This document shows positions 33,541-45,720 of a DNA stretch of 64,000 nt, one piece after another. The notes under the pieces are model-generated. The model was not told the origin of the DNA. It saw only the letters and a list, made by a program, of their open reading frames with translations, and made no database searches. Numbering within the stretch: position 1 is the first letter of the stretch; every line of letters begins with the position of its first letter. Origin of the DNA: Podarcis filfolensis (Eukaryota); the NCBI GenBank assembly GCA_964270895.1, contig OZ185436.1; one strand, given 5' to 3'. The translations under genes were made by a program, and so were the position numbers.

Positions 33541-33584
33541 CTATTCAAAACAAAGCAGACTTGCCTGGTAGTGAAGGGAGGAGG

Positions 33585-33797
33585 CCTTCTCAGTAGTGGC
33601 TCCCACCCTGTGGAATGCCCTTCCATCAGATGTCAAGGAAATAAGTATCTGACTTTTAGAAGATATCTCAAGGGAGCCCTGTATAGGGAAGTTTTTAATG
33701 TTTAATGCCTCACTGTGTTTTTAAATATTTTGTTGGGAGCCACCCAGAGTGACTCGGACAACCCAGTCAGATGGGTGGCATATTATTATTATTATTA
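33585..33797 (+). mobile_element. L2 LINE 3' fragment
   Basis: Homologous to 18650-19100, (ATT)n tail. Confidence 0.8.
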
Positions 33798-35440
33798 TGA
33801 TTATTCAGGGTTTGGTGGATCACTAAAGTTGGTGCTGTCAGTATTGGAGTTGATGGAGGAAAGTATCTCATCATTGATTTTGGCTTGCCCAAGCAGGCTT
33901 TTTTTCTCCCTTCTTGTTCATTATAAGCAGTGTGCATCTCAAAGCCTTCACTTTGAGTGAAGCGTTGAGTGACCGTTCCATTCTCCTCTGTCACATACCA
34001 CCAGAACAATGGCAAATGTATGCACTAGTTCAAAATGCACTGTATTCTGCTGGCTTCACTCCAGAAACTAGCAATCAGTGTTTGTGATGTCAGGGGCAGC
34101 AGACCATCATCACGTAGTTAATTCACTGTCGTTAACCATAGCCTGCTCATGTTTGCCAAAGCATATTGTAATAGGGCTATCTTCCTGAACATGGAGCTTA
34201 CTGGTAAGTGTCCCACCCAACAGCTACCAGCTCCTTATCAGGAAGGTATCATGTCGCCCAGTTTGTGTTTGGGACACACTTCTGGAAGGGAAGTATTTGT
34301 CAGCTAGAGCTGCCATAGGGCCTATCGGCTACCAAGTGGAATATGGTGGATGAGAGTCATGGGCTAACGTAGCAGATGCATCTCTTCCCCACTCCATATC
34401 TCCAGCAACAGATGGCGCCAGGTTTTCTGTGCTCGACCAGGCCCTGGCAGATGCCTCAGTATCTGAAGAGCCTTTCAGTGGATGAACATTACTTTAATGG
34501 CTCTGTTCAGACACCATGATAAACTCAGGGCTAGGGAACTTATGACTCCAGTGTTTCCCATCATCCCCTGAGTATTGGTTGTGTTGGGTGACATTTATCT
34601 TTCTGAAGTCAGAATACCAATTGTGGCCTTTTTGAAGATTCAGCAGTTGGCTTTATTAAATTGTGCAGAAGGAGTAAGTAGCCAAGCAGGCTCTGGCAGG
34701 AACAATATGAAGCTGGAATAGTAAAATGCAAACATCCCATCTCCTCTCTGCCATGCAATCAGCATAATAAAACAGCACTTGTCTTCTGATGAATTTGAAT
34801 TGTAAACTACTTTGGGAGCCAGTCGGCTGGCAAGTGGGATATAAGTATGTTCAGCTTCACCTTCTATTGGTTGCTGAGACAGCACCAAGAATATATTGAT
34901 CTGACCCAAATTACAGTGCTAGGAGAATGAGCTATTTATCTGCTCCTGAAGCCTTTGCCCTTTCTTTCTCTGCTAGAGCTGGTTTTAGATAGTTTTCCAC
35001 AGCGGTGGCAGCTTGCTTCTACCTGGGCCAGAGAAAACTACTTAATTAAGTACTACTGTACTTAATTAATAGATTAGTGCCTATCCTTATCTGTCACCAT
35101 TGTAGTTATGAATGGCAGAGACTTAATCTCCTGGTTATGTTGTCAAGTATCTGTTGTGTTTGCTTCCAGATTTGGCCTTTCATAACCTAGTATTAAACTT
35201 CGTGTTCATACATGCAGCTTCTTGAAAGGAACTCAGGTTTGATTTTATACATGCTACATCTAAATCCCAGGGTTGTTTTCTTGATGCCAAAAAGCATCCG
35301 GAGCTTTGAAGTAGTTATGAAATATTGAGACTTTGCTTATGCAAAAAGGAGCCAAACCCAAATTGGCAAGGTTTAACATGAAGGGGTGTAATGGGGCAAA
35401 TTCTTTATAAAGAGAGCCTCTTATGGGATGGGGGTGGAGA

Positions 35441-35686
35441 CAGGGCTGGCCCCACACAGGAGGCAAGGTGAAGCAGCCATCTTGGGTGGTGGAAGCCCCT
35501 GAGGGGGTGCATTGGTGGGTGCCCCACTGGCAGAGTATCAGAGCTGATTTCCAGCAGGATTTTTGCCAGAACCTGCTCTGCTTCATGCTGCCACCATGCA
35601 GCCTAGGGATGCTTTGGCGGCAGCAGCAGGGTCGGGAAGCACTTCCCACTTAGCCTCAAGCAACACAATGGGATGCGCCGTCCCTG
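35441..35686. mobile_element. hAT-type MITE
   Basis: CAGGG...CCCTG ends, TSD GGTGGAGA/GTTGGAGA. Confidence 0.7.
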
Positions 35687-35731
35687 GTTGGAGAGGAAGA
35701 GGCACATCAGACCTCCAAATCACCTAAAAAT

Positions 35732-35736
<5 letters not shown>

Positions 35737-35763
<27 letters not shown>
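35737..35763. repeat. (AC)n microsatellite
   Basis: Read directly. Confidence 0.9.
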
Positions 35764-35767
<4 letters not shown>

Positions 35768-36406
35768 AACTGCTAGAGCCAAGCAATAAGAAGCAGTGTT
35801 CAAAAGTACTGTACACAGCACACTACCACCTCATGTTTTTATGTAATGGATTAGTGAAATTGCTTGTTGAGCTCCAAGGCAAATAGTGCACATGGTAACT
35901 CAAATGCATTGAAGGTGGTAAAATTTCAATTAGCCAGAAAGTTGTCTAGGAGCACTTGCTCACGCCTAGCTAAAATGGAATGAGGCTAATAAAAATATCC
36001 TGCTGAACCAAGAGGCCACTGACTCAAACCCTCTGCAGTCTTCCTCAAAGGAATGAGGGTGCAAGACTCCCTGATCTTGCATTCCTCAGGGATTGCCTTG
36101 CGTCACCCTCCACAGTTGTAATCCTTTACAACTCATGTGACTGGGGCTCTGTACAGCACTATGCAGAATTGGAAGAGGCTTCTTGTTTCCTCTGAAGTGC
36201 ATCTTAATTGTTTGGGCACTACAAAAGTTGGGCTTGACGTTGGGGAAGAGTAGCAAGCCAAAACAGAGCTGCTTTGTTTACAATCCTTCAGAAGGTAAGA
36301 AAATGCCTCTCCTGGGATATGTACTCAGTAGCAGACCTCTTGGTTGAAAGAGGCTCAACTTGGTCGTCTACCTAAGCCTTTACACTGTTTGATATTTCAG
36401 AAAGAA

Positions 36407-36509
36407 ATGGCTTCCGGTAAAGCTCATATTGGTAAACCAGTTCCAGACTTCAAGGCCACAGCAGTGGTGGATGGAGCCATTAAGGAAATAAAGTTGTCGG
36501 ACTACAAAG
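36407..36509 (+). CDS. PRDX2: PRDX2 first coding exon
   Basis: Acceptor at 36400, gaaATGG start, donor AAG|GTAAGA. Confidence 0.95.
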
Positions 36510-39500
36510 GTAAGAGAGAGTACCACTTTCAGTTGTTTTAAACAACATTTTCAGTCAGTCTTAATGTCGTAAGGTGCCTTGAGCTCATGAATATGCAGGA
36601 CATAAATACCCTAATTAAAGAGTTTCCCAGACCCACCATGATAAGAGAGACTGGGTATGGATCACTTAAGAACTATTTTCCTGCTATGCAGCATTGGAGC
36701 ACATAAGCGCCAAGAAAGAGGATCTTGCATTATCCGTCTGTTTATCAAGAGGTAATCAGTCCCCAGGCACTGAATCAGATTGCTGTGGGGATCATGGTGT
36801 GTAGTGCAAATACTATATTTTGTTAGCAGGTGCAGATAATGGACCTTGGGTTTGCCATATCCCAAAGGAAGGATGAATGTTATTGTGGTCAAGGCATGAC
36901 ATTTGTTTTGAGTACATTGTGCTGGTGCCTTCAGGTGTTGTCTCCTTCCATAAACTTCAGATAGTAGCCAGGCAAGGTTTCTGGCTCAAAGTATTCTGCT
37001 GATGATGAGCTTTCCCCCTCTCTACACAGGCAAATATGTGGTTCTCTTCTTCTACCCCCTGGATTTCACCTTCGTCTGTCCCACAGAGATCATAGCTTTC
37101 AGTGATCGAGTTGAGGAGTTCCGCAAGATCAACTGTGAGGTTATTGCTGCCTCGGTTGACTCTCAGTTCACCCATTTGGCCTGGTGAGTCTCCTGGTGTT
37201 CAAGATCTAGCGCAATGTTTCCATCCATGCTAGAAAGCAAATACTGTGAAGACTTATGGTTATGTTGTTGTTTCTTAAGGCTGGCTTAGCTGAAGGAAAC
37301 TGAGTGACAGGAATAACAGCACATCCCTATTTTGTGTGTTGCTTAGTAAGAGGGTTAGAATTGAAACATCATTAAGAATGTTCTAGGGATCTGACACTGG
37401 GAGGGAGCCAAGCAGAAGTTAACTGACAGAAGGGTGTAGAAGGTCCCCATCAGCCTTATCTAGCCAAACCTAGCTGCTGTTAGTTTTATCAGCCACCTCA
37501 GTAGACTAACTGCAGTTGTGTTCAGAGTTGATTTGAGCTCCTAAATGGGTGTAAAGAACATTTCACTCTTCTGTGGGTCAGAGAATCCGACTTGTATCTA
37601 ATTGGAGAATATTTCCAGTTTGTCTTCAGAATTAGGTTTCTGATGAGAAAGAAGATACTTGCCCAGTTTTTAGACCCAGCTTTGGTCTGGGAGCCCCATG
37701 TCAAGTTTGGAACAAAAAGTTAGGGGCAATCTATTCCATGTGAAATATTTGGTTCAACCGTTTCTAAATAGTAAATGGCTAGAGTAGTAGCTTGCAGATG
37801 TTCAAGATATGTGGGAGATATGAGGCCCTCCAGCTGTTGGACTCCCAACTCCCATCAGCCCTTGCCCAATATAGCCAGTGATTAGGGTTGAGGTGGACAT
37901 CGGTTCACAGGTTCTCTACCTCTGCTCTAAATGATATTGCAGATGTTAACGGCCATTTCCCTGCAGGATCAATACAGCAAGAAAGGAAGGGGGCTTGGGA
38001 TCTGCAAATATTCCACTTGTGGCAGACATCAACCACAATATTTGCAAGGACTATGGAGTGCTCAAGGAGGAGGATGGCATTGCATACAGGTATGGAGATC
38101 TTGAGGTCTAACCTTAATTCTAGATGACAGTTCAAAGGGCTGTGGCTGGTGGCATCTTGGCAAATGCCAGTCCTCTTGCGTTCACTAGCAAAGCCTCAGC
38201 ATGGCTGACTCAAGTACCACTTAGCTCCTCTCTCCAGTGCTGTAACACAGGGGTAGCTAACCTGGGGGTCTCCAGGTGTTCTTGAACTAGAGCTGCCAGC
38301 TGCAGCCAGCATGGCCAGTGGTCAGGAATGATGGAAGCTGCAAAATTTGGCAGCATCTGGAGAACAATAGATTAGTCCCTCCTGCTCTTAAGTACTGTGA
38401 TCTGTTGAAGAGGTTAGTCATCTTTGATGCTGCTGGACTGTTCAATCCTCTATTCATCAGCTTGGTCCCACCCATCAAGTCCATGTACGTAATCCAAATG
38501 GTAATAGCCTGGCTGGAATATAAAAAGCTATTAACACTAGCTAGGTCCTAGAACCCTGGTCCTTGGATGTATGGACTTGGACTTCAGAGAATTAGCTGTA
38601 GCTGGAACTTAATTGAGTCTGTCTCTGCTTTTGCCCCAACCTCTTTTAGTTGATCTCTCTTAACTTGGAGAAAGGTATCTGCATAGGCATAGATTCAGAA
38701 TTCCCCCACTCTTAACTTTGACCCTGGTACTGCTGATGAAGGCAGTAAGCCAGTGTGGTGTAGTGGTTAAGAGCGGTAGTCTTGTAATCTGGGGAACCGG
38801 GTTCGCGTCTCCGCTCCTCCACATGCAGCTGCTAGGTGACCTTGGGCTAGTCACACTTCTCTGAAGTCTCTCAGCCGCACTCACCTCACAGAGTGTTTGT
38901 TGTGGGGGAGGAAGGGAAAGGAGAATGTTAGCCGCTTTGAGACTCCTTAAAAGGGAGTGAAAGGCGGGATATCAAATACAAACTCTTCTTCTTCTAAAAG
39001 TGCCACGTAGATTCCAGAAGGTTCCAATACAGGGTAGAATTCCCCTTGTCTGCTCTTGTCCTGTCTCTCTACTAAGGCTGCATACACACCATACCTTTTA
39101 AAGAACCTTCTCCAAAGAACCCAGGCAATTGTAGCTTGCCCCTCACTGAACTACAGTTTCTTGTACCATTAAACTATAGTTCCCAGGATTCTTGGGCGGG
39201 AAGACATGTGCTTTAAATGCATCTTAGGCTGTGTACACACCATACAAGCTTGAATCTCTCTCTCTCTCACCCTCACCCACACCCACACATATATGCATGC
39301 TCTTAATTGCCCTTCTTTCTCCCCCCTCCCCACAACTATCCAGAGGCCTGTTCATAATTGATGACAAAGGCATCCTGCGTCAGATCACAGTGAATGACTT
39401 GCCTGTGGGGCGTTCTGTGGATGAGACACTTCGCCTGGTACAGGCTTTCCAGTTCACAGACCAGCATGGTGAAGGTAAGGGGTGGGGATTGGGATAATAG

Positions 39501-40807
39501 AGCTAACACAGAAGGGTGAGGTCAGTATTGCTTTAGAAATTGTGGCTGTTACCTCTTCATGGGGCAAGTAAGGGCCTCTCTCTGCCCATGAACAGTGCAT
39601 AACAGCTTCCCAAACACCTTTGTAGCAAATGGTATCATATATGAAGTTGGCATGATGTACTGCTAGCAACATTTCTTAGAGCCTTCCGTAGCGCAGTTCA
39701 TGCCATATCCTGTCTTGCCCAACATCTTCAGCATCACAGAAGTGTGGCGTGGTACAAAGTAGACCCAAGACAACTGTAAAGGTAAAGGGGACCTCTGACC
39801 ATTAGGTCCAGTCGTGGCAGACACTGGGGTTGTGGCGCTCATCTCGCTTTATTGGCCGAGGGAGCCGGCGTGCAGCTCATGTGGCCAGCATGACTAAGCC
39901 GCTTCTGGCGAACCAGATCAGCGCACAGAAACGCTGTTTACCTTCCCGCTGGAGTGGTACCTATTTGTCTACTTGCACTTTGATGTGCTTTCGAACTGCT
40001 AGGTTGGCAGGAGCAGGGACCGAGCAATGGTCGTGGGGATTCTAACCGCTGACCTTTTGATCGGCAAGTCCTAGGCTCTGTGGTTTAACCCACAGCGCCA
40101 CCCGCATATGCAGCTCTTAATAACGGAAGAGCCCTGCTGGTTCAGTCCATTTGCCCATCTAGCCAGCATCCTGTTCCCACAGTGGCCAACCAGATGCCCA
40201 TGGGAAGCCTGCAAGCACACTCTTCACTTGTGAGTCCCAGAAAGTGGTACGCGGAGATAGACTGCCTCCAGCTTAACCATTGTGGCTATTAGCCAGTGAC
40301 AGCTGTCCTCCTGGACATATGTAAACACACTAGTCTCCTGTTATGGACCATGAAACCCCAAAAGGAGCATACTGGGATGGGAGAGGTTGTGGCATTTTGC
40401 CCCTCTCCAGTGCTGCTTTTTTATAAATAAATAAAGGGAAAAGGGTGTGGGTAGTTGTTACAGTAAGTGCCACATTTTTAGCATTTGGAAGAAAATGGTA
40501 CTGCATACCCTTGAGTATCCCCAGAAAAAAGGCACAGCTCCAATCTAGATTGTGCTTGTTGATGGAGTAAGTTCTGACTTTTTAATAAGTGATGTCTCCA
40601 AAGCTTCCTTCTACTGCTTCTGGGGGTACCTTGTTGCCCTAAGCCTGCTCCATGTGGACCTATGTGCTTTGAGTGCTGTTTGACATATTCTAACCCCACA
40701 CTTCTGTACATTTTGCTACAGTGTGCCCAGCTGGCTGGCAACCTGGCGGTGACACCATCAAGCCCACAGTGAAGGACAGCAAGGCCTTCTTTGCCAAGCA
40801 GCAGTAG
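36407..40807 (+). CDS. PRDX2: Peroxiredoxin-2 (typical 2-Cys Prx), join(36407..36509,37030..37183,37967..38089,39344..39474,40722..40807), 198 aa
   Basis: Exons of 103/154/123/131/86 nt join in frame. [13 protein letters not shown] (peroxidatic Cys51), GGLG and EVCPAGW (resolving Cys172) are present. SQFTHLAW is the PRDX2-type form, lacking the PRDX1 Cys83. Position between RNASEH2A and JUNB supports the call. AATAAA at 40994-40999. Confidence 0.95.
37030..37183 (+). CDS. PRDX2: PRDX2 coding exon 2 (peroxidatic Cys)
   Basis: [19 protein letters not shown]...HLAW. Confidence 0.96.
37967..38089 (+). CDS. PRDX2: PRDX2 coding exon 3 (GGLG)
   Basis: [11 protein letters not shown]...GIAYR. Confidence 0.95.
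38748..38995 (+). mobile_element. Full-length tRNA-derived SINE in a PRDX2 intron
   Basis: A box TGGTGTAGTGG, B box GGTTCGCGTC, MIR-like core, L2-type tail ending (CTT)n. Confidence 0.8.
39344..39474 (+). CDS. PRDX2: PRDX2 coding exon 4
   Basis: [27 protein letters not shown]...HGE. Confidence 0.96.
39776..40107 (-). mobile_element. Sauria SINE in the last PRDX2 intron
   Basis: Close match to the 1580-1914 copy. Confidence 0.9.
40722..40807 (+). CDS. PRDX2: PRDX2 last coding exon (resolving Cys)
   Basis: [15 protein letters not shown]...FFAKQQ*. Confidence 0.95.
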
Positions 40808-43654
40808 AGGTGTCTTGCTGAACAAATCTGGCCTAATGTGAAGGGATTATTCATACTGAATCTTTCCCGTTGAGATCTCTAGAAGTAACTCTCTGGGGAG
40901 AGCTGGGCTACGAAAGCCTCTCCCATGAGTAGTAGTTCATAGAAGTAGCTTGAATGTAATTTTTTTAGTAGGGCATCTTTATGTTCATGCTTCAATAAAA
41001 GTGGAGATTAAAATAAGCTTGCTGGTGATGTCTGGTGCTGCTGAAGGTCATTCGGAACGAGCAAATGACAAGGAGAATCAAAAGTGGAGAATGTGATCCT
41101 GGACTTGCTCCTCAGATGCAAAGAGAAGAGTTCTTTCCTGCCTTTGGAAGGATATACTTTTACTAAATGGGTTTGCATTGGGGTATAATTACTATGCCCA
41201 CCCTTTGGTTTTATGTGCAAAGTAAGAACCCCCCCCCCCAGTCCCTGTAGAGGTAACATTCCATGGACACCTTGAAGTTAAGAGATGTAGACATGGTGTT
41301 ATAAATGGCTTGTCCAAGAAAACAGGAAAGCAAGCATGCAGTTCTAGTATGTCCATGCTGTCAGTGAGTACATAAGAGCCTGAGATCAAGCACTTTTGAA
41401 ACTTATGTCCTTGGCTGGGACCTTTTCCGAAGGCAAGCTGAGATTTGATACAGCTGTTGCATGAAGTAATTAAGGTTTTGATGATGATATTCAAAGCAAG
41501 CAGCATTAGCTTGCTGTAGGCTTTTCGTAGCTGGAATGAAAAGCAGGGAGTATCAAAGGCCTGGTGTGAGCTGGAATTATGTAGGCTTTAGATAGCTAGG
41601 AACAGAATCTCCTAGGTATTAGCTGAGACCTTTTGCAAGGAATGCAGTGGCCTTCCTAAGAAGCTGAACAAACCTCTGGCATAACAAAGTAGCTTCAACG
41701 AAGTGTCCTGCCTGGATCAGCACTTGGTTCCTGAATCATTATCCAGATTCAAAGTGATGGATTTACTCTGATGACAGGTTGAATGGATAAAATCTTGCGG
41801 CAGAAGAAAAAGGACTGATTAGCAAGTATAATCAGGATCATTATCTTCCTATATTGTAGTGATATCAAGGCCTAAACAAAGCTCACCCCCCAACTCCTTC
41901 ACACTGCTAATTTTGTGCTTCTGAAGAGTCCTAAAGCACCTAGAGAATTCCAGGGTTACAGTGGTGAAGCTGGCTATGCAGATTGCATGAGTGACACTAG
42001 TCTCAAGAAATACGATTCATTCACATATTTACACCTGAATTTAGATGGAGGGCGTCCCAATCTTACAGCATGGTCATCTCAAGTGGGGCTTGTTCCCCAC
42101 AGCAGTGCAGCACTGGAGTCCACGGCATCTCCAGCAGTGTCCCGCCAGCTAGCCAAAACGGTTCTGCCTCTTTCTCATTCCAAGCCACCTCCAAAGGCCA
42201 CAAACTTTTCCTGTGCCATCACACTCAGTTACCCTGGCAGCCTTCCTCTCAATGGATGTCATTTAGGTGAATAGGTCGAGGAATTAAAACAGACCTGGCT
42301 GTTGGGTGCAATGGACGCTGCTAGTTCTCAATCACTCTGAGATCTTAATTTCTTTTAAAGCCCATAATGGGCAGTTTTATCGCCAAACAATTTTGCAACA
42401 GGAGATGTTGCAAAGGTGTTTGTGGAAAATGTTTGCATGCTGCTTTGGAATAGTGATGGTTGTTGGGTTGCTCCAGACTGCCTGTTCATAATTTTCCACC
42501 TATTGTCCTCCAAATGTTGTTACTCCCCTCTCCACATCAAGCCTGACTGCCAGTAATTCTGGCTGGGGTGATGGTATTGGGAGTCCAACATCATTTGAAG
42601 AGCCCCAAGTTTCTTATCCCTCACGTAAGATGCTGGCTGCACTTTAAGGGTTATATGGAAATTGACGTTCTTGTATCAGAGGCATCGCTGCCTGCGTAGG
42701 CACTGGTAAGTTTAGACTTCAGACGACAGTTTCCAGGCTTAATTCATGGGACAGCATTTGTTTCTAATACTGAACTGCCATACATCTGCCAGTAGAGGAT
42801 GCTGTAACTTCATGGAACGCTCTGATTCCAAACATGCGAATGCCCAAGGCTTGAATACAACACTGGAAGGCATGGCGTCCGACTGTGCTGAACGATATTC
42901 CGCCACTGTTATCCAATTCTGTTTTCTGCTAGACTTCATATGAAAAGGGGCCTTTAGACAGTGCTTTGTAATCTGTCTTCCCATGTGAGTATTAAGCACA
43001 AAAAGCAATCTCAAAACAATACCACAGACAGGGCTCTTTTGCACAGCAAGGTATAATTTATACCTTATAAGTATACCTCTGACTTCTGTCAAACTTCCTG
43101 CTACTCTTAACTAGGTGGGTGTGCTGTTTGCCGTTTAACTAGTGCTCTCCACTTTGTAATATTGAAACTGGCACCAAGAAGAACTTAATCTTCACGCTGT
43201 TGAAGCTGTTTCACCCTTGCCAGAGCATAAACCACGGGAATATTCATGTTTTAAGTGCCTGTTTTGAGATTAGGGTAGAAAAGATGCATTAGATACGTGA
43301 TGATACAACCCTTTGATATGCTATAATGTATTTGTTACCCAGCCCTGATTTAATTTTGGGTCCTTGGGTTTAAGAAAAATGTCACTTAGAGCATGACTGT
43401 AGCATAATCTGGACAGGAGCGTGTGAAATGGAGGAGTGTGCATCAGGAGAAATGATGAGCTACCATCCTCTGTGCAAACATGGTCTCTCTGTGGATTTTC
43501 TCCCCTTGAATGTGATGGTAGAACACAAAAATCTGAATATCAGATCCACAATATGGGGGACTCTTACTGTGAGTACTTCCCAAATTGTTGGGTGGCCTCC
43601 ATCTAGTCTCACCTACGCTTCCAACTCTCCGTTGTTCTCTCAGTAAAGCAGGAG

Positions 43655-43780
43655 CAATTAATAATCATTTTATTATTTATACCCCGTCCATATGTCTGGG
43701 TTTTCCCAGCCACCCTGGGTGGCTTACAGAATACATAAAATATAATAAAGCATCAAATGTAAAGAAACTTGCTAATTATC
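43655..43780 (-). mobile_element. L2 LINE 3' tail fragment
   Basis: ttatttataccccg...ctgggttttcccagccaccctgggtggcttac. Confidence 0.7.
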
Positions 43781-45329
43781 AGTTGAAGGACACATTCAAG
43801 CCAGGGAAAAACACTTGGGAAGAGGGCCAGGGGCTAAACAGAATAGCCTGGAGGGCTGCATTGAGTCCCACAACTTGAGTGGCTTCTTTGCTGCTCTAGG
43901 AGTTCAGGTAGGAGTCCTTCCTAGCCCTACCTGAAGACGCCAGGGGTTAGGCTAGGGATTTTCAGAATGCAAAGCAGATGTGCCCAAACTGAGCCCATCC
44001 CTAAAATACTTGCAATAGTCAGCATTGATGGATTCTAATAAGAGGTATTGTCTTGCTGTCCTTGTGGGTTTTACTCTGTGTGGATATGGTTACTTGTTTT
44101 TGATCCATGAAGGAGAACAAGCTGGCAGACTCTTAGGTGCGGAAGAATGAATATGACTGCAGTTGTGTGGTTATGGTGTTGGACCTACCTAGGAGTGAGG
44201 AGCCCAGAGTTCAACTCCCAACTCAGTCATACTGTTGGAGGTATTTGCAGATGGGGAGAGTACTATTGCACTCAGGTCCTGCTTTCAGGCATCTGGCTGG
44301 CCTATGTGAGAAAGAGATGCTGGATTAGGTGGGCCAGTGGCTGAATCCACCAGATGGTTCTTATGTTTATGATGTTTGCTGGGTGGCCAGCCAGCCTCTC
44401 TGTCTATCTAACCTAGCTCACCTGGCGGCTGTAAGAATTAAATGGAGAGCTGGAGACTTGTGTATACCACCTTAAGCTCCTTGCCGGAAAGGTGGGATAT
44501 AAATAAATCTGACAGAGGCAGAACACTATGAAGGATGAGTTGCCATAGTGAAGGCAAAAGTAGGCTAATGGTTGTGCCAGCAGAGAGCGCCACTGGGCAC
44601 CTCAGGAGCACCGAGGCTGTTTTAAACAGAAAGACGTAACAGCTCAGATATTTGCACTGCAGGACAAGGCTGAGTAGCTCCCATGGGTGAACCTGACACA
44701 GCTCTGCAAATTCTCAGACAGTCTTGGCACATACTAGGTTCACCCAGGAGAGGGTTTGGTTTGCATACATCACTTCATTTGTATTATTGTGGATGGGGCT
44801 CGAAAAACAGCTCTCTTTCTCGTCCAAAACCTATGCACTGTACTCATCCTGGTTGGAACGGTTTTCCGCTTCACACATCCCACTGCTTGGGCTTTACAAG
44901 ATAGCACGAATGTGCCCCTGCTGAAGCTAGAATGAGAAGTCACAACTCTTTCCTTCTCACACCCACCTACACAACATGAAAGACTCTGAAACTTAGAGTG
45001 GGCCAGATAGATGGTTTAGTGAAATTGCTACCCTCTAAGCAGGCTACCTTATCCCTAAGAAAATGCCCAACGGTTATCTGTCTAAAAGACTTATTGGAAG
45101 CCCTTAGAGGAGGAAAATTCATTATCTTTCTATGCAACTTTTTAACTTTCATTATTGAAAAGCTTTCCCTTTTGAATACCTCCTCCCAACAAAACACAAT
45201 GTTTATTGTGCACGTACTTACTTGTGGTTTAAACCCATTGGTCACCTTATCTAATCCTTGGAGCACAGAGTGAATAATTGTCCACATGTATAACAGTTGA
45301 GATTTCTCCTTGCTGAATTTAATCTGCCT

Positions 45330-45720
45330 GCCTGATTTGTCAATTATTGGGTGATTTGTTTTTAAAATGTTTTAGCTTATCCTTTGAATGCTATGTATTT
45401 CCTGCCAATTCTTTTATCATCTGCAAATTTGGCAAGCGTAACTGACCGCTCACTCATCCAAATAATTAATGAATATATTAAATGCTGGCTTCCAACCAAG
45501 CAAATGCTGATTTTACATTATTTTCTTCAGTCCTTATTCCAAAAGCCTCCTTAGGAGGATATAATGTTAAATAGCGGATTTGGTGAAAAGCCTTGGAAGT
45601 CCCTATTACCAACTGAGGTCTCGCTACTAAACTATCATATCAAAAACAGAAAATAAACTGGTGCTGTAGTTGTCTTTTACAAAGGCAAGTTGATTATGAA
45701 GTTTTCTCTCTAATCTTGTA
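45330..45720 (-). mobile_element. Ancient CR1 reverse-transcriptase remnant
   Basis: Reverse complement of tcatctgcaaattt encodes KFADD, and aaaagcctt encodes a KAF motif; heavily degenerate. Confidence 0.55.

Noticed and set aside
39891-39899. ARE/NF-E2-like TGACTAAGC inside PRDX2
   Set aside because: Part of the Sauria SINE body (also present in the 1580 copy), so its presence in an antioxidant gene is uninformative.
41915-42274. 119-aa ORF downstream of PRDX2
   Set aside because: Non-ATG start and no motif; several open frames of this length are expected by chance in six frames of 64 kb.
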